A DNA stretch of 64,000 bases from Epithemia pelagica (Eukaryota; Protista; Bacillariophyta), in the NCBI GenBank assembly GCA_946965045.2, contig OX337228.1, positions 62,001 to 126,000 of the forward strand. Direction: 5' to 3'. Position numbers and translations under genes: made by a program. Of this stretch, positions 35,447 to 46,400 are shown piece after piece. Within the stretch, counting starts at the first letter, position 1. Every line of letters begins with the position of its first letter. Below the pieces are notes generated by a model. The model was not told the DNA's origin. It did not search any database and saw nothing but the letters and a program-made list of their open reading frames with translations.

Positions 35447-36994
35447 ATGACAGTCCCATCATCATCATCATCGGTCTCTGGTCACACAAAGAACCACCCC
35501 AAACAAAAGAGCCGGAGAACCACTACTCTCTTGTGGGTTGCGACATTGGTCGGTGCCTGTCAATGGCTGCTCAATCGACGGGTAATGCTTCCGTATTTTC
35601 GCACCACAAGTACAACAAGAGGAACCACCACCAGCAGCAGAACCACCACGCGTCTCGTCGTGACGCCATCATTATCATCATCACCAGCAAACAGCTCGGA
35701 CCGTGTCACGGTGGTGGATCGCCAATGGCATTGGAGCGACACCACCCACGAGGCATCCAACCACAGCCACAACGACGATTCCTCCTGGTCGTTTCGTTTA
35801 TCAACCTCCTTGGAAGGACCCAACCATGCCGCAAACGTTACACAGGAAAACAACAACAACACTGTTCCGAACCACACCACGAACAACAGCACTAGCAAGT
35901 CCACCAACAGCAACAATTCCACTCTGTCCTCACAACCACCACACCAGTCCTTCCGGATGATTGGTTCGTGGATGGGCAATACCTGGATTCCCCCACCCTC
36001 TTTCCAATTGTATAGCGTGTCGGAATTGCAAGCCTTGTGGGCCGGTCACCGACTCTTGATGCTGGGCGATTCCACGGCCCGACAAGCGGCCATGACGCTG
36101 TTTGCCCTCTTGAATTACACGACAACGACAAATACGAGTGTCAAAAACGACAACAACAAGAACAATAATGTACCGGTGCATTTACTCAATCGCGATCTCA
36201 ATCTCAATCGCGTCAACCAGACGGAACCTTGTAACCGACCCTGGTGGAATGCACGGCGCTTGGCCCAGGCTTTGTTGCAACCACGACAGGCCATTTGTCG
36301 TCGCACCACCAATCACCCACCCACCGACGTTACGTTTGTGCGCACCAATTGTTTGCAACATGTGGTGACATTCATGGCGTCGGAACTGGACCATCATTCC
36401 AAACATGGATCGGGTGGACGCATCTTGCCGCACTACGACGTTGTTCTTTTGAACTTGGGCATTTGGCATCACTCGCAGCCCCAACAGTGTGCCAAACCAA
36501 TATCGTCCCATAAAACCAATGCCACAACCAGGACGCGCAACATTACCACCTTGGTCCAACAGGTGCATGCCTTGACGCAACAGGTACAGGCGGTACAATC
36601 CTCGACCTTGCACGTGATTTGGCAAACCTCGGGCTATTCGTCCTTGACTCCGTCGGCCGACGACCAACCGGCCGTGCAAGAATTCAATCGAGCCGTTCGT
36701 CATCAAATAATGGAGCACTACCAACAAGCACAACAACAACAACAAGCAGCACAAGAACAACAAGCACAACAACACTTGCACCACCATCACACCATTTCCT
36801 ACGTTCCGGATTTTGCCCGTGTCATGGAACCACGATCCTTTGGAGAGGATCGAATCGAGGGCGATTCGCCGGCCCATTATGGTCTGGCGGGTCGTTTGGT
36901 CTGGATTCAATTGTTGGCCAATCACTGGAACCACTTGCAAATACAACAGCAACAACAACAACAAGCAGAACGACGACCGAGTCGAATAGACTAA
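35447..36994 (+). CDS. SGNH-fold (GDS...DxxH) type II membrane protein; paralogue 3
   Basis: LLMLGDSTARQ and EGDSPAHY; highly similar to 9413-10978. Confidence 0.78.
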   Translation: MTVPSSSSSVSGHTKNHPKQKSRRTTTLLWVATLVGACQWLLNRRVMLPYFRTTSTTRGTTTSSRTTTRLVVTPSLSSSPANSSDRVTVVDRQWHWSDTTHEASNHSHNDDSSWSFRLSTSLEGPNHAANVTQENNNNTVPNHTTNNSTSKSTNSNNSTLSSQPPHQSFRMIGSWMGNTWIPPPSFQLYSVSELQALWAGHRLLMLGDSTARQAAMTLFALLNYTTTTNTSVKNDNNKNNNVPVHLLNRDLNLNRVNQTEPCNRPWWNARRLAQALLQPRQAICRRTTNHPPTDVTFVRTNCLQHVVTFMASELDHHSKHGSGGRILPHYDVVLLNLGIWHHSQPQQCAKPISSHKTNATTRTRNITTLVQQVHALTQQVQAVQSSTLHVIWQTSGYSSLTPSADDQPAVQEFNRAVRHQIMEHYQQAQQQQQAAQEQQAQQHLHHHHTISYVPDFARVMEPRSFGEDRIEGDSPAHYGLAGRLVWIQLLANHWNHLQIQQQQQQQAERRPSRID

Positions 36995-37849
36995 GAACTA
37001 TAGCATTAGAGTGTACCACCGACTCATAAATTTGGAGCAACCACAACAGCCACGCACAAATAGTGAACCATTGTTTTAGTAGTATGTTGGAAGGATTCTC
37101 GTACAAGAACCAACTCCGTAGGACGTAATCTCCTCACAACAATCTCATGGCTACTACGTGGGACAAAATCATACTCATGCCATCTCTCTGCTGGACGACA
37201 CGAACAAAGCACTCGAACGACACTCGATACCAAGAGAAACCGTCTTTTCATCCCAAAGCATGTGTGCCCATTTGTATATGCAGGGGGTTCCATCGTCTTT
37301 TGTGGAACCGTAGGAGTGTGTGTATGGGTGACGTTGTATACGACGACCGCTGATCCTCGGGGGGGATGTATTCTCCCCACACGTGCCTAGTTACTATAGC
37401 CCGAATTTTTACTGTACTCAAATTTTAGTTTTAGTGTATATAAGTAAAATTTTCGGTCGTGGGAAAAACCCAAAAAATGAGGCGAACGGAAACCGTCACA
37501 AAATGAGCCGAAACAGACCACGAAAAACAAACCGCGTGCAACAACAGCAACAACAACAGCAACAAGAACAACAATAGCAACAAGAACAAACAACAGCAGA
37601 GCCAGGACAAAGACAATGTAACAAAAAGGACATCACAACCAACCAGACCAAAGGATAAAGGCGAGACATGAAGACCAACCAAAGAGAGATACAAGGCGAG
37701 ACAAGTCGACAACCAAAGAAGGAAGGCAAGGCAGAGAAATGCAAAGACAAAGGCAAGACAAAGCAAAAACAACAGATAGCACCAGAAAAAACAGAAATCG
37801 AAGAGAGCCATTAAGAGACAACAATCAACAAGGAATAGGGAGGGTGAAT

Positions 37850-37915
37850 GCATTCGAGGAGGACCAAAATCAAAGAGAAACGGCATTCGAGAAGGACCTA
37901 AATCAAAGAGAAATC
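37850..37915 (+). repeat. 33-bp tandem duplication inside the element's left arm
   Basis: gcattcgag(g/a)aggacc(a/t)aaatcaaagagaaa at 37850 and 37883. Confidence 0.85.
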
Positions 37916-38110
37916 AAGATTAAGGTTAGACATGCCTTTGGAAAGAACACAGCAATCAAGAAGGAACAGCAAAAGACAAACTTACCTATGGATTTGTAGC
38001 GAACATCACAAAGAGCTCAAGCATCAACCTGTTAAGACGAAGATGGTGAGAGAATAGCAATAGACAGACAGCAAATCAAACGAAGTAACTTACCCATTTC
38101 ATTCTGTCAT

Positions 38111-41100
38111 TCAGTAGTGACGACCCCCGTGGTTGAAATGGTAGTGATCACCGCCATGTCGGTGATAGCCACTGTGGTGGTTGCCTTGGTTAGGCCACGA
38201 AGAAGATGCAGGATACTGACGTGGAGGCGGTGGTGGCGAGGAATGATGGTGATAGTGATGGACCGTTGGGCCATTCACACGGGACGAAGGAATAGGAGGA
38301 GGTGGCGAATATGATCGAGGAGGGGGTGGCGGAGGGGAAGGCCCGCGGTAATGATCGTAACGGGGTCCATACGATGGTGGAGGTGGAGGAGGAGTCCACC
38401 CACCATGGTTACGATCGCTCGAATGGTAGGAGTACGATCGAGAATGAGGGGGAGGAGGAGGAGGCGACCGATTGTAGTGGTTGTCGCGTTGGTGGTAGTG
38501 ACTGCGACTCTCGTTGCGCTGGTAGTTGTGCTGGTAGTTGTCGTGTTGGTGATGAGAGTGTGTGGTGTTTGTTGTATTGTTGTTGTCCCATGCAGAAGGA
38601 GGAAGGAGCGGGGGTGGTTCGTCCTCGTCGTCTTTTTTCGCGGCTACTGGTGGAGATTTTTTCTTAGGTTCCTCTGAAACGAGAACAGTAGAGAGGTAAG
38701 AAACAGAAGTAGTAACAACATGCATTAGTCAGACAACAACGTACCTTTTTTGGTTTCTTCTTCGTCATCGGATGGCATGTACCAATGGGCCGTCACTGCC
38801 CTCTGTTTCGAGTGGTCCGTCACTTCTTGATACTCAAAGTTGATCTTTTCACCCTTGTGGCGGCCGTAATTCGTTGCAAGAGGTTGAGGAACGCCCGAGT
38901 TCGCAACCGTGGTGATCCCAGTTCTCCGAGCGGAACGACCAGTAAAGTTGCCGGTTCCTTCGAAACCACAACGCTTAGCCAACTCTTTCGTGTTGCGCGC
39001 AGCGAAATTTTCGCCCAACTTTCCACCAGGACGCATGCCAGTCAACGGATTAATCTTTGTTTTCGACATATCAGGAACAAGATCCGTCCAGGCACGGTGA
39101 GTCGATCCGTCAGTGCGTGTGGCAATTACTTTGGCGGGTGCTTCACGAAGGAAGAAGAGCCCTTTCCAACCCGGCGGGTGGGCAACTCTACGGTACTCCA
39201 TGACCAGTTTGTAGGTGCTCCATGGATCCTTGGGGTTTTCCACAATCATGTTCCCTTTGCAATCCACTGCGCGCCGGAACGAAGGGTTGGCAAGAGTCAA
39301 TTTTACATTCTTATGGTGACCGGAGTCAAGAGGGATGATCGCCGCCTTACCAGCGAGATCGCCGTGCGAATCATCTAGACTTTTAACAAATAGAAAGTCT
39401 GTTACTTTTGCTAAATGCATCTGAGTAGAAACAACAAGCAGAGGTGAGAAGCGTGTGATCCATACGACAATCCAACGGATCGTGGACGTACCTCTAGACA
39501 TCGAAAACTACAGTCACGGCAGACTTTGTAGAACACCATCATGAGGAGATCCTTGTAAATTTCAAACGGACGAAGTGGAGGACTCGCATACTTTCGCATG
39601 GACTTCTCGTCGTTGAGGCAAACTCCGGCTCGTTTGGGAAGTCGGCCAAACTCAGAACGGACGGTGGCGGTTTCCGACCACAAGTTCTCCAAGTAGGCAT
39701 GGTACGAGCCCTCCCCTTTGAGGTCCGACTGTGTGATCACGACTCCATTGGCTCGCAGGATGGAAAAGATGTGATTGAGCACTTTGCCGGTCGTGTTTGG
39801 CTGGTAGTGATACTTGGGGTCATGCGGGTCGTGCTCCCCCTTTTTGTACCCAGCCATCCGAAGATTCATGCAAAAAATCATACACAAACTGTTTAGCAAC
39901 CCCAATTTACCGCGTGTAATACCCCCCCGGAGAGCAACAAAAAGCTTGGGCACCTTCAAATTCTCGCCCTTTTCAGTATCAGGATCAATGATGGGCGCCG
40001 CGAGTCCTCTATAGTGTTTATGGCGACGGAGAATGTCTAAGAATCGTTTGAAAGAGTCCGCCTTGGCCTTGTTGTACGACTCCGAGTTCTGCGAGAGCTC
40101 GCGAACGTCGTACTTGTGGTTCTCGTCTTCGTACACATCCTCGCTGATGCGAGCAAAGGTGTTCCAGTACTGAATACTGTCCTTGGTGTGTGGCACATCC
40201 ACAGGGAGTTTTCGATACTCCGCAATCATCAGCTCGCCATCCTCATTTTCGGTCACATGTCTCTGCTTGACGCATGCCATGGCAATGGTTCGTGTATCGA
40301 GTGGAGAAGGGGGACCAATGGCAGCAGGAGGATGATGTTCGTCCAGTGGTTCCTCGTCGTCCGTATCTTCCAACAGGTGATACCAATCGTCTTCATCTTC
40401 ATCGTCATCGTCCCTGAAAGAAAGAACGACATTCGTGTGAGACACAACAATCATACAAAAGAAGGGAGTATCTCATCCTCAACTTACTCCGGAAGATAAG
40501 GAACAAGAGGAGGAAGACGATCGTCTTCTTCGTCGTCATCTTCCTCGTCGAAAAGGGAAGGACGATCCTTCTTCCCATTGGTGCTGAAAAAGAGGAGGCC
40601 ATTCTTGTCAGACACAACAATCATACAGAAAAGAAGACGGCAATGATGATCCAACAACTTACCTTTCTTTCGGGTGAGGATGGTGACGAGGAGGAGGAGG
40701 AACGTTTTCCTTCCCATTGTCGACGGTGGGAGGAGGAAGTTTCTTCTTCGGATGAACCTTCTTTGTTACCTTCCGAACAAGAGGGCGAGGAATGTCGTCT
40801 TCCTCTTCATCGCGGTACCTCTTCTTGGCTGCTGCAGCAGCAGCTTGGCGTTTAGATCGACGGGGGCGGAGCGGAGTCTTGGCCATGGTCTTTCGTTTCC
40901 TGCAATGCGATGCAAAAATGGCAATGGAAGAAAAAGTGTGAGGTTTGTTTTGCACGGTAAACACAGCAACGAATTCAAAAATGGATGAGGCGGGGCACGC
41001 GCGCAGGAAGAAAAAGGAAGGAAGGAAGAGTCGCAGGAAGGAAGACTGGTCGACAATGACAAAAAACAACAATCAAACTTACATTTTCTCCAACTTGGCA

Positions 41101-41372
41101 AGGTACCAAGGATCGGAATGAACACTGTGAGCGTCGGTGTCGCTCCCAGTGCATTCATCCATCTTTGGAACGAAGGTACCGTCCAAAGGTACGAAGGCGA
41201 GTGAGATGGCGTCCGACGAGGATGAACACAACGATAAAGACGACGAAGACGATGAACACGACGACAAAGACGACGAAGAAGACGCAATGGAGATAGGAGA
41301 AGACACAATGCCACGATGTCCCTTGTCCTTGGAAGGCATGGGGCTGACAACGGCCGTAGGAGGTTTCGTCAT
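38111..41372 (-). CDS. Tyrosine recombinase (Crypton-type), 927 aa, 6 exons (41372-41083, 40899-40663, 40583-40488, 40413-39492, 39420-38745, 38673-38111)
   Basis: YQPNTTGKVLNHIFSIL core-binding-like helix; SFRCLE (Arg I); HHKN; FTGRSARRTGITTVANSGVP; GRHK; FEYQ (Tyr). All five introns are GT-AG, and the exons sum to 2784 nt with no internal stop. The exon 1 start codon is less certain. Confidence 0.85.
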
Positions 41373-41624
41373 GGTCAGGTCTTCCTTTTTCCAAACGAAT
41401 GATGAAACACAACGCCCAACACACAAATGCGGCCACTTTATCTGCTTGGAAACTCGTAGCTCCTAAGTAACCTCCAAGTATATTTGTGAGTCCTAATTAG
41501 ATTGTTCCTAATTGTCGTAAGTAATCTTTCTTTACAATGGTACTGTTTTCCTATGTATTCCAAACAATTAGAAAACTCAACGTACTTTATTACATCCCCC
41601 CCTCGGACGCAACGGACGCCTATG

Positions 41625-41821
41625 ACATTTGCTGCTCGGAACGCTTCTCGTCGGGGGCACTCGTCGGGGCGTAACTCCTCGAAGGGCAATAGGTCCTCGT
41701 CGTGGACTGCCCCTATATCCGCTGACGCGGGGGGCAGTCCACTCCTCGGACCTATTGCCCTTCTCGTCGTTACGCCCCTCCTCGTGCCTCCCTCCTCGAA
41801 GCTACTCCTCGCAGCAAATGT
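41625..41821 (-). other. Rod-like hairpin with nine tandem G.A/A.G mismatches (structured ssDNA or RNA element, unknown class)
   Basis: Watson-Crick helices catttgctgc, gcttc, ggcac, ggggcgtaac, gaagggcaataggtcc and gtggactgcccc are separated by tc/tc on the + strand (GA/GA on the - strand). Apical loop ccgc-GTCA-gcgg on the - strand. Confidence 0.9.
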
Positions 41822-43465
41822 AATATTACAACAACAAGAAGGCCGGGGGACGATCCCTGGTTCCGTTTCCTACACACGCTTGACCTTGGCCTCCGACCGG
41901 GGGTGGTTGTTGTTGGTGTTGTTTTGCTGTGGTGGTTGGGAACCAGAAGACGAACGACCCCGACAACGAAACGTTTGCCACACCACCAGACCCAACCAAA
42001 GGAGGGCTGTTCCATATTTGCCGGCATTGGCCACTACAATCACAGTCCAAGAATACCACCACGAGTCGTCACTTTGTATGGTTCTCGGTTGTTCAAGAGC
42101 CCGTCGACAGGCGAATTGCAACAGAGAAGTTTCCGCCACGTCGCAAATCCACGTCGTACACACCGGCCCCCACACACGCCAGTGCCGGAGACACGTGCCA
42201 CAAGGAGGAGGAACCACGAGTGTTTGTCGTCGTCCAGGATTCTTGCTCCCAACTCCCATACACGAGACTGCTGAGCGCCACAATGTAACAGGGCATGTAC
42301 CACGCCAAGTCAATATACGAAAAGTCAATGTACTGACGTTGTTTGGTGGCGGTCCACGCTTCCACAATCCATTCGGACAATAAGGCCTCACTACTACTAC
42401 GGGTCGTCGTACCATTGTTGCCGCGCAAAAAACACAACAAGACCATGTCGGGGAGCCACACGCCTCGCGTCACAGCATACATGGCAAGATTGCCACACGC
42501 GGTCAAGACCGCCAAGAGAGTCAAGGATCGCTTCAAGTGATGCGCACCCCATTCACACAGCGCACTGTACTGACAAGCCAACCAATAAACCCGCTTCCCA
42601 AACCCTGCCATTGTGGCTCCTGGTGCTGCCATGTCTGGACGAAAGGTATCGACGACGATAACAAGTGTCAAACCCAAAGGATTCTTGGTTCCTCAAAGAG
42701 ACACTTTTGGTCTTCATGGAGGCCTCACCCGAGTCGTGAAGCGAACTCCCAAAGATACCAATTTCATCCGCGTTTAGGTCGCTCTTTACAGTACTTGTCG
42801 ATGGATTCCCGATCTGTGACTGCAGTCCCATGAGGAGATTCATGGATTCCCGATCAGATGGGTCGTGGTTCGGTAGCCTCTGTAGTGTTCGCATCCTTCG
42901 GAAACAGGAACGAATTCCAGATGCAGATCTTTTGGGTGCCACGACGCCATGTGTCTCGCGTGGATTCCTCCCCTCACTGCAAAAGCAATTCGTCGACCGA
43001 AAGAAAAAGAGAGAAGACTGAGAAGATACCTGTCTCTTCCATTGATCTTCTTGTGTGCGGGTTGTAGGAGTATTATCCACCACGATACTATACTGGCATT
43101 GAATACGATCTCGATACACAGCAAGTCCAAACACGTGTGTGATTTGGGAAACAGTGTTGTGTGTGGGCAAGTGCAAAAAGTGATCACACCAAGCAACATC
43201 TTGGTAGCAACAGCATCAGCAGTAGAGGCCGTTGGAAGAATTGTCGATTGAACCAAACGCATCTTCCTGCCTGCCTTGCGTCATTTTCGGGGGACCAAGA
43301 GTGACACACGACTCTTGGCTGTGTGACATCGGGCCGCCAAACCAGGAATATATCAGTGAGTATAGAAACAGGAAACGAAGGATGAAACCGTGTGGAGGGA
43401 ATCCTACCCAACAACCACTGCGGCGTGATGGTGCTTTATCTTCATCATCCTTTCATGAATGGCGA

Positions 43466-46400
43466 ATGACTCGTCTTCTTCTTCTTCTTCTTGGCATGGT
43501 CGTCGGGTGGAATGTCGTACTGCCAGTTCCAACCGTTGTGGCGACTTCTCCTCCGCTTCGAGTACAGGGGAATGCCAAACTGCAAGAGGCACGTCGAACC
43601 TTGCTCGTTCCCGAACCCGTCAATTATCTCGAATTGAATCAAGATCCACCGGGACCCGACACGACTCTGGAACAACCACAACCACAACTCCAGCAAGACG
43701 ACCTGGTTTTGGCCAATGATGAACAGGATCATGATCTTGACAATGACGCCGTGTTGCAACACAATGACCATGACCATGAGGATGACGACACTGCCGGCTT
43801 GTCCTTGCATCGAGCCGTGGAAATTGTCATCATGACGATTTTGCTCGTCTTTTTTGTCTTGGTCCTCGTGTGGACCTTTCGCAATCATTCCTATTACGAT
43901 CCCAATCAACGACGCTGTCCTCCCATGACGAGCAACAATACCAACAACAGCAATACCAATACGAGTCCTACGGCAACGGCCGTGGCGGAGGAACCCACAA
44001 GCACCACACTGGCTTCCTGGTTCCAATGGTGCAAGACGGTGTTTGCTCGTCGTCCCTCTTCATTGGCCGAAGGCAACAACGGCAAGGCCCATTATGCCTG
44101 GCAAGCCGTGCCCACCAATACTACTAGTAGTAGCAGCAGCAATCCTTCCACGTCCCTGGAACAGGGACACGAAGGATCGTACCAACGGCACACTCGAGCG
44201 ACCTCCAATCCGGCGGCAACGACGACCACGAGCAGTCATGGCAGTTGGTATTCGCCAGCCATGACGCAATTAACGTCCCTGTCCAACAGTCTGGGTTCGA
44301 CCTTGTTGTCCAGCACCCATCATTTGCAACAGCATCAGCAACAACAACAACCATCGGGCAGCCAGTCGCTCTACCACATGCTTTACAATACCAATCATCA
44401 TCCGACCAACAATCATCCCAATACCAATAACATGTATTGGTCCATGGCCTTTTGTCAAACTTTGGAACATGCGCAAGAACGGATTCAACACAATTGTCAA
44501 AATACATTTGACAACAATCATCAAAGTCCGCCCAATGGCACGTATACGACCGTCTATTACAATGTGGCGGCCGGAACGCAACAAGTCTTGTATTTTTCCG
44601 CCACCCAATTGCACTTTACCCCCCTGGCGTCGTCGTCCTCGACGGCACCCACGACACCACGAACGGGTGCTACGACCCATCACCACCAAAACAAGTCTCG
44701 CGTCACGGCTCCTTCTACAAACACCAATGCCACAGCAACGACGACCACAAATGACCACAATGCCTTGGAAGGATGGACCATTACGGGTCGCGGCAATGAT
44801 TCCGATGGTCCCTTTACCATTTTGTATGGAAGGGCGGCGGCCAGTGGCGAATTGTATTGGATTCAAGCCGCCCCCCATCACACCAGCACGACCACACCGT
44901 CGTCGGCCAGTCATGGTCCGGGAACGGTCGTCTTGCATTGGGCCTTGTTGAATGGAGACGATGATTCCTTGACGGGCTGTTCCATTGCCTCGACGGCCTC
45001 GTCCATGGACGAACGGCATTATTATTCTCATGTCCGATTGCATCGACCCTACCTCCAAGCCTTGTATCAAGCACGAGAACGGGTCATTCAAGAAGAACAG
45101 CAACCACAACCACAACAACAGCAACATGCAGACCAGGGGTTGTACCCAGAGTCCGCCAGCACGACGACAACGGGAAGCACAACGACTAGTACTAGTACAT
45201 GGATGGGACCTGGCTTGTGGTCGTCCTGGCATCCTCTCAAGAGAATGCACACCACCACCAAGACTTTGCCGCACACGCCCCTTCCCCAATCGTCCGTGTC
45301 GTCGTCCTTGTCCTTGTCATTATCACCCCAAGTCTTGTTGTTTGCTCCCACCAATGGCACCTATCAATGCAGTTATTACGACAAGGGCATTCGGTATTGG
45401 GTCACTTTGGAATTGCAATTCACCTTGGAACAAGTCGTCGAATCCAATAATCCTACTAGCAGCAGTACTACGGGTGGTACCACAGCCGTCCTCCCAGCTC
45501 ATGAGGAGGATGAGGATGACGATGAGGATGATGACGATGACAATGAAAAGGCTCAGGGGCAAGAACAAGGAGGGGAAGCAACCGCACTGGTCGCAGCCGA
45601 ACACCACCATCACCACCACCCGGATGTAGAAGACGATGGAGCATCCTCACCGACTGATGCTCGCACGGCCTCGACGGCAGCGACAGCAACATCGTCGTCC
45701 GATGCTTCTTCGTCGTCGTTTACACGATCCTATTGGATTTGGAACGTGTCGGGTCACGGTCACATTTCACCCTCCTCCATTCAACCACCCCGAAAATTCC
45801 GTATCGTCGAAGGTCGAGTGTCGGCCACGACCGGCAAAACGTATTGGGTCGAACAAGAAGACGAAGAAGAACCACCCCAATCGAGTACTAGTAGTAGTAC
45901 AGCACTCAAGGCACCACCTACAACATCCTCGTCTCCCGAGCCCTCCAAGAATTCAACACAACAAGTTCCGTTGCCACCCACCAACGAACCCAACCAGACG
46001 ACGAGTACTTCCCACAAGGATGCACTTGGAGGACCAGAACAGCAACTCGACACCAAAAAGAAAACTTTGCACCGAAGACGACTGCATCATCCAGAGGGTC
46101 CTCCCCAAAGCTTGACGACTGGTCACTTTTCGTTTGTGAATCAAGATTTTGTCGGATGGCGACAAGCCAACAATGATGCTCCCAGTGTTCGATATCCCGA
46201 GTTTTATCTCGTCCACGAAGACAAGCAACATCCCGGACAGGCCTATCAAATGTCGTACGAGTTGGCCAAATCCAATGTCCAATACGACATTCAAGCCGCC
46301 AGTTCCTCGGCCGGCCTGTATACCCATTACTACGCCAATCGGCGATACTATACGCCCATGAGTGGAACCTATACCTTTTGCTTTCATGACTATTTGCATC

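Larger units (their letters stand above)
33285..36994 (-). repeat. Inverted segmental duplicate of about 9413-13295
   Basis: Collinear similarity across both genes, the shared promoter and the 3' non-coding flank (e.g. gttctcatatcctcaatc...cccggatc; actcggtacgaac...ttgtcctctgg). Confidence 0.9.
37355..41606 (-). mobile_element. Crypton-like tyrosine-recombinase DNA transposon, apparently complete
   Basis: CCTCGG at 37355-37360 and 41601-41606. Internal inverted arms gggggatgta (37361-37370) and tacatccccc (41591-41600). Encloses a tyrosine recombinase gene; no RT or DDE motif seen. Confidence 0.82.

Noticed and set aside
37024-41689. Removing the element joins two minus-strand ORFs in frame (…GVRCVRG|SAVVVY…, 140 codons)
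   Set aside because: Starts at TTG inside the hairpin, has no recognisable domain, and an in-frame join has a 1-in-3 chance. Not claimed as a disrupted gene.
41700-41735. Possible hammerhead ribozyme, kink-turn or box C/D motifs in the GA hairpin
   Set aside because: No CUGANGA...GAAA core, no 3-nt bulge next to the GA tandems, no RUGAUGA/CUGA boxes.
41870-43230. Overlapping minus-strand ORFs (41870-42415, 42093-42677, 42553-43176) with hydrophobic stretches
   Set aside because: No consistent frame, splice model or recognisable family; may be decayed sequence.
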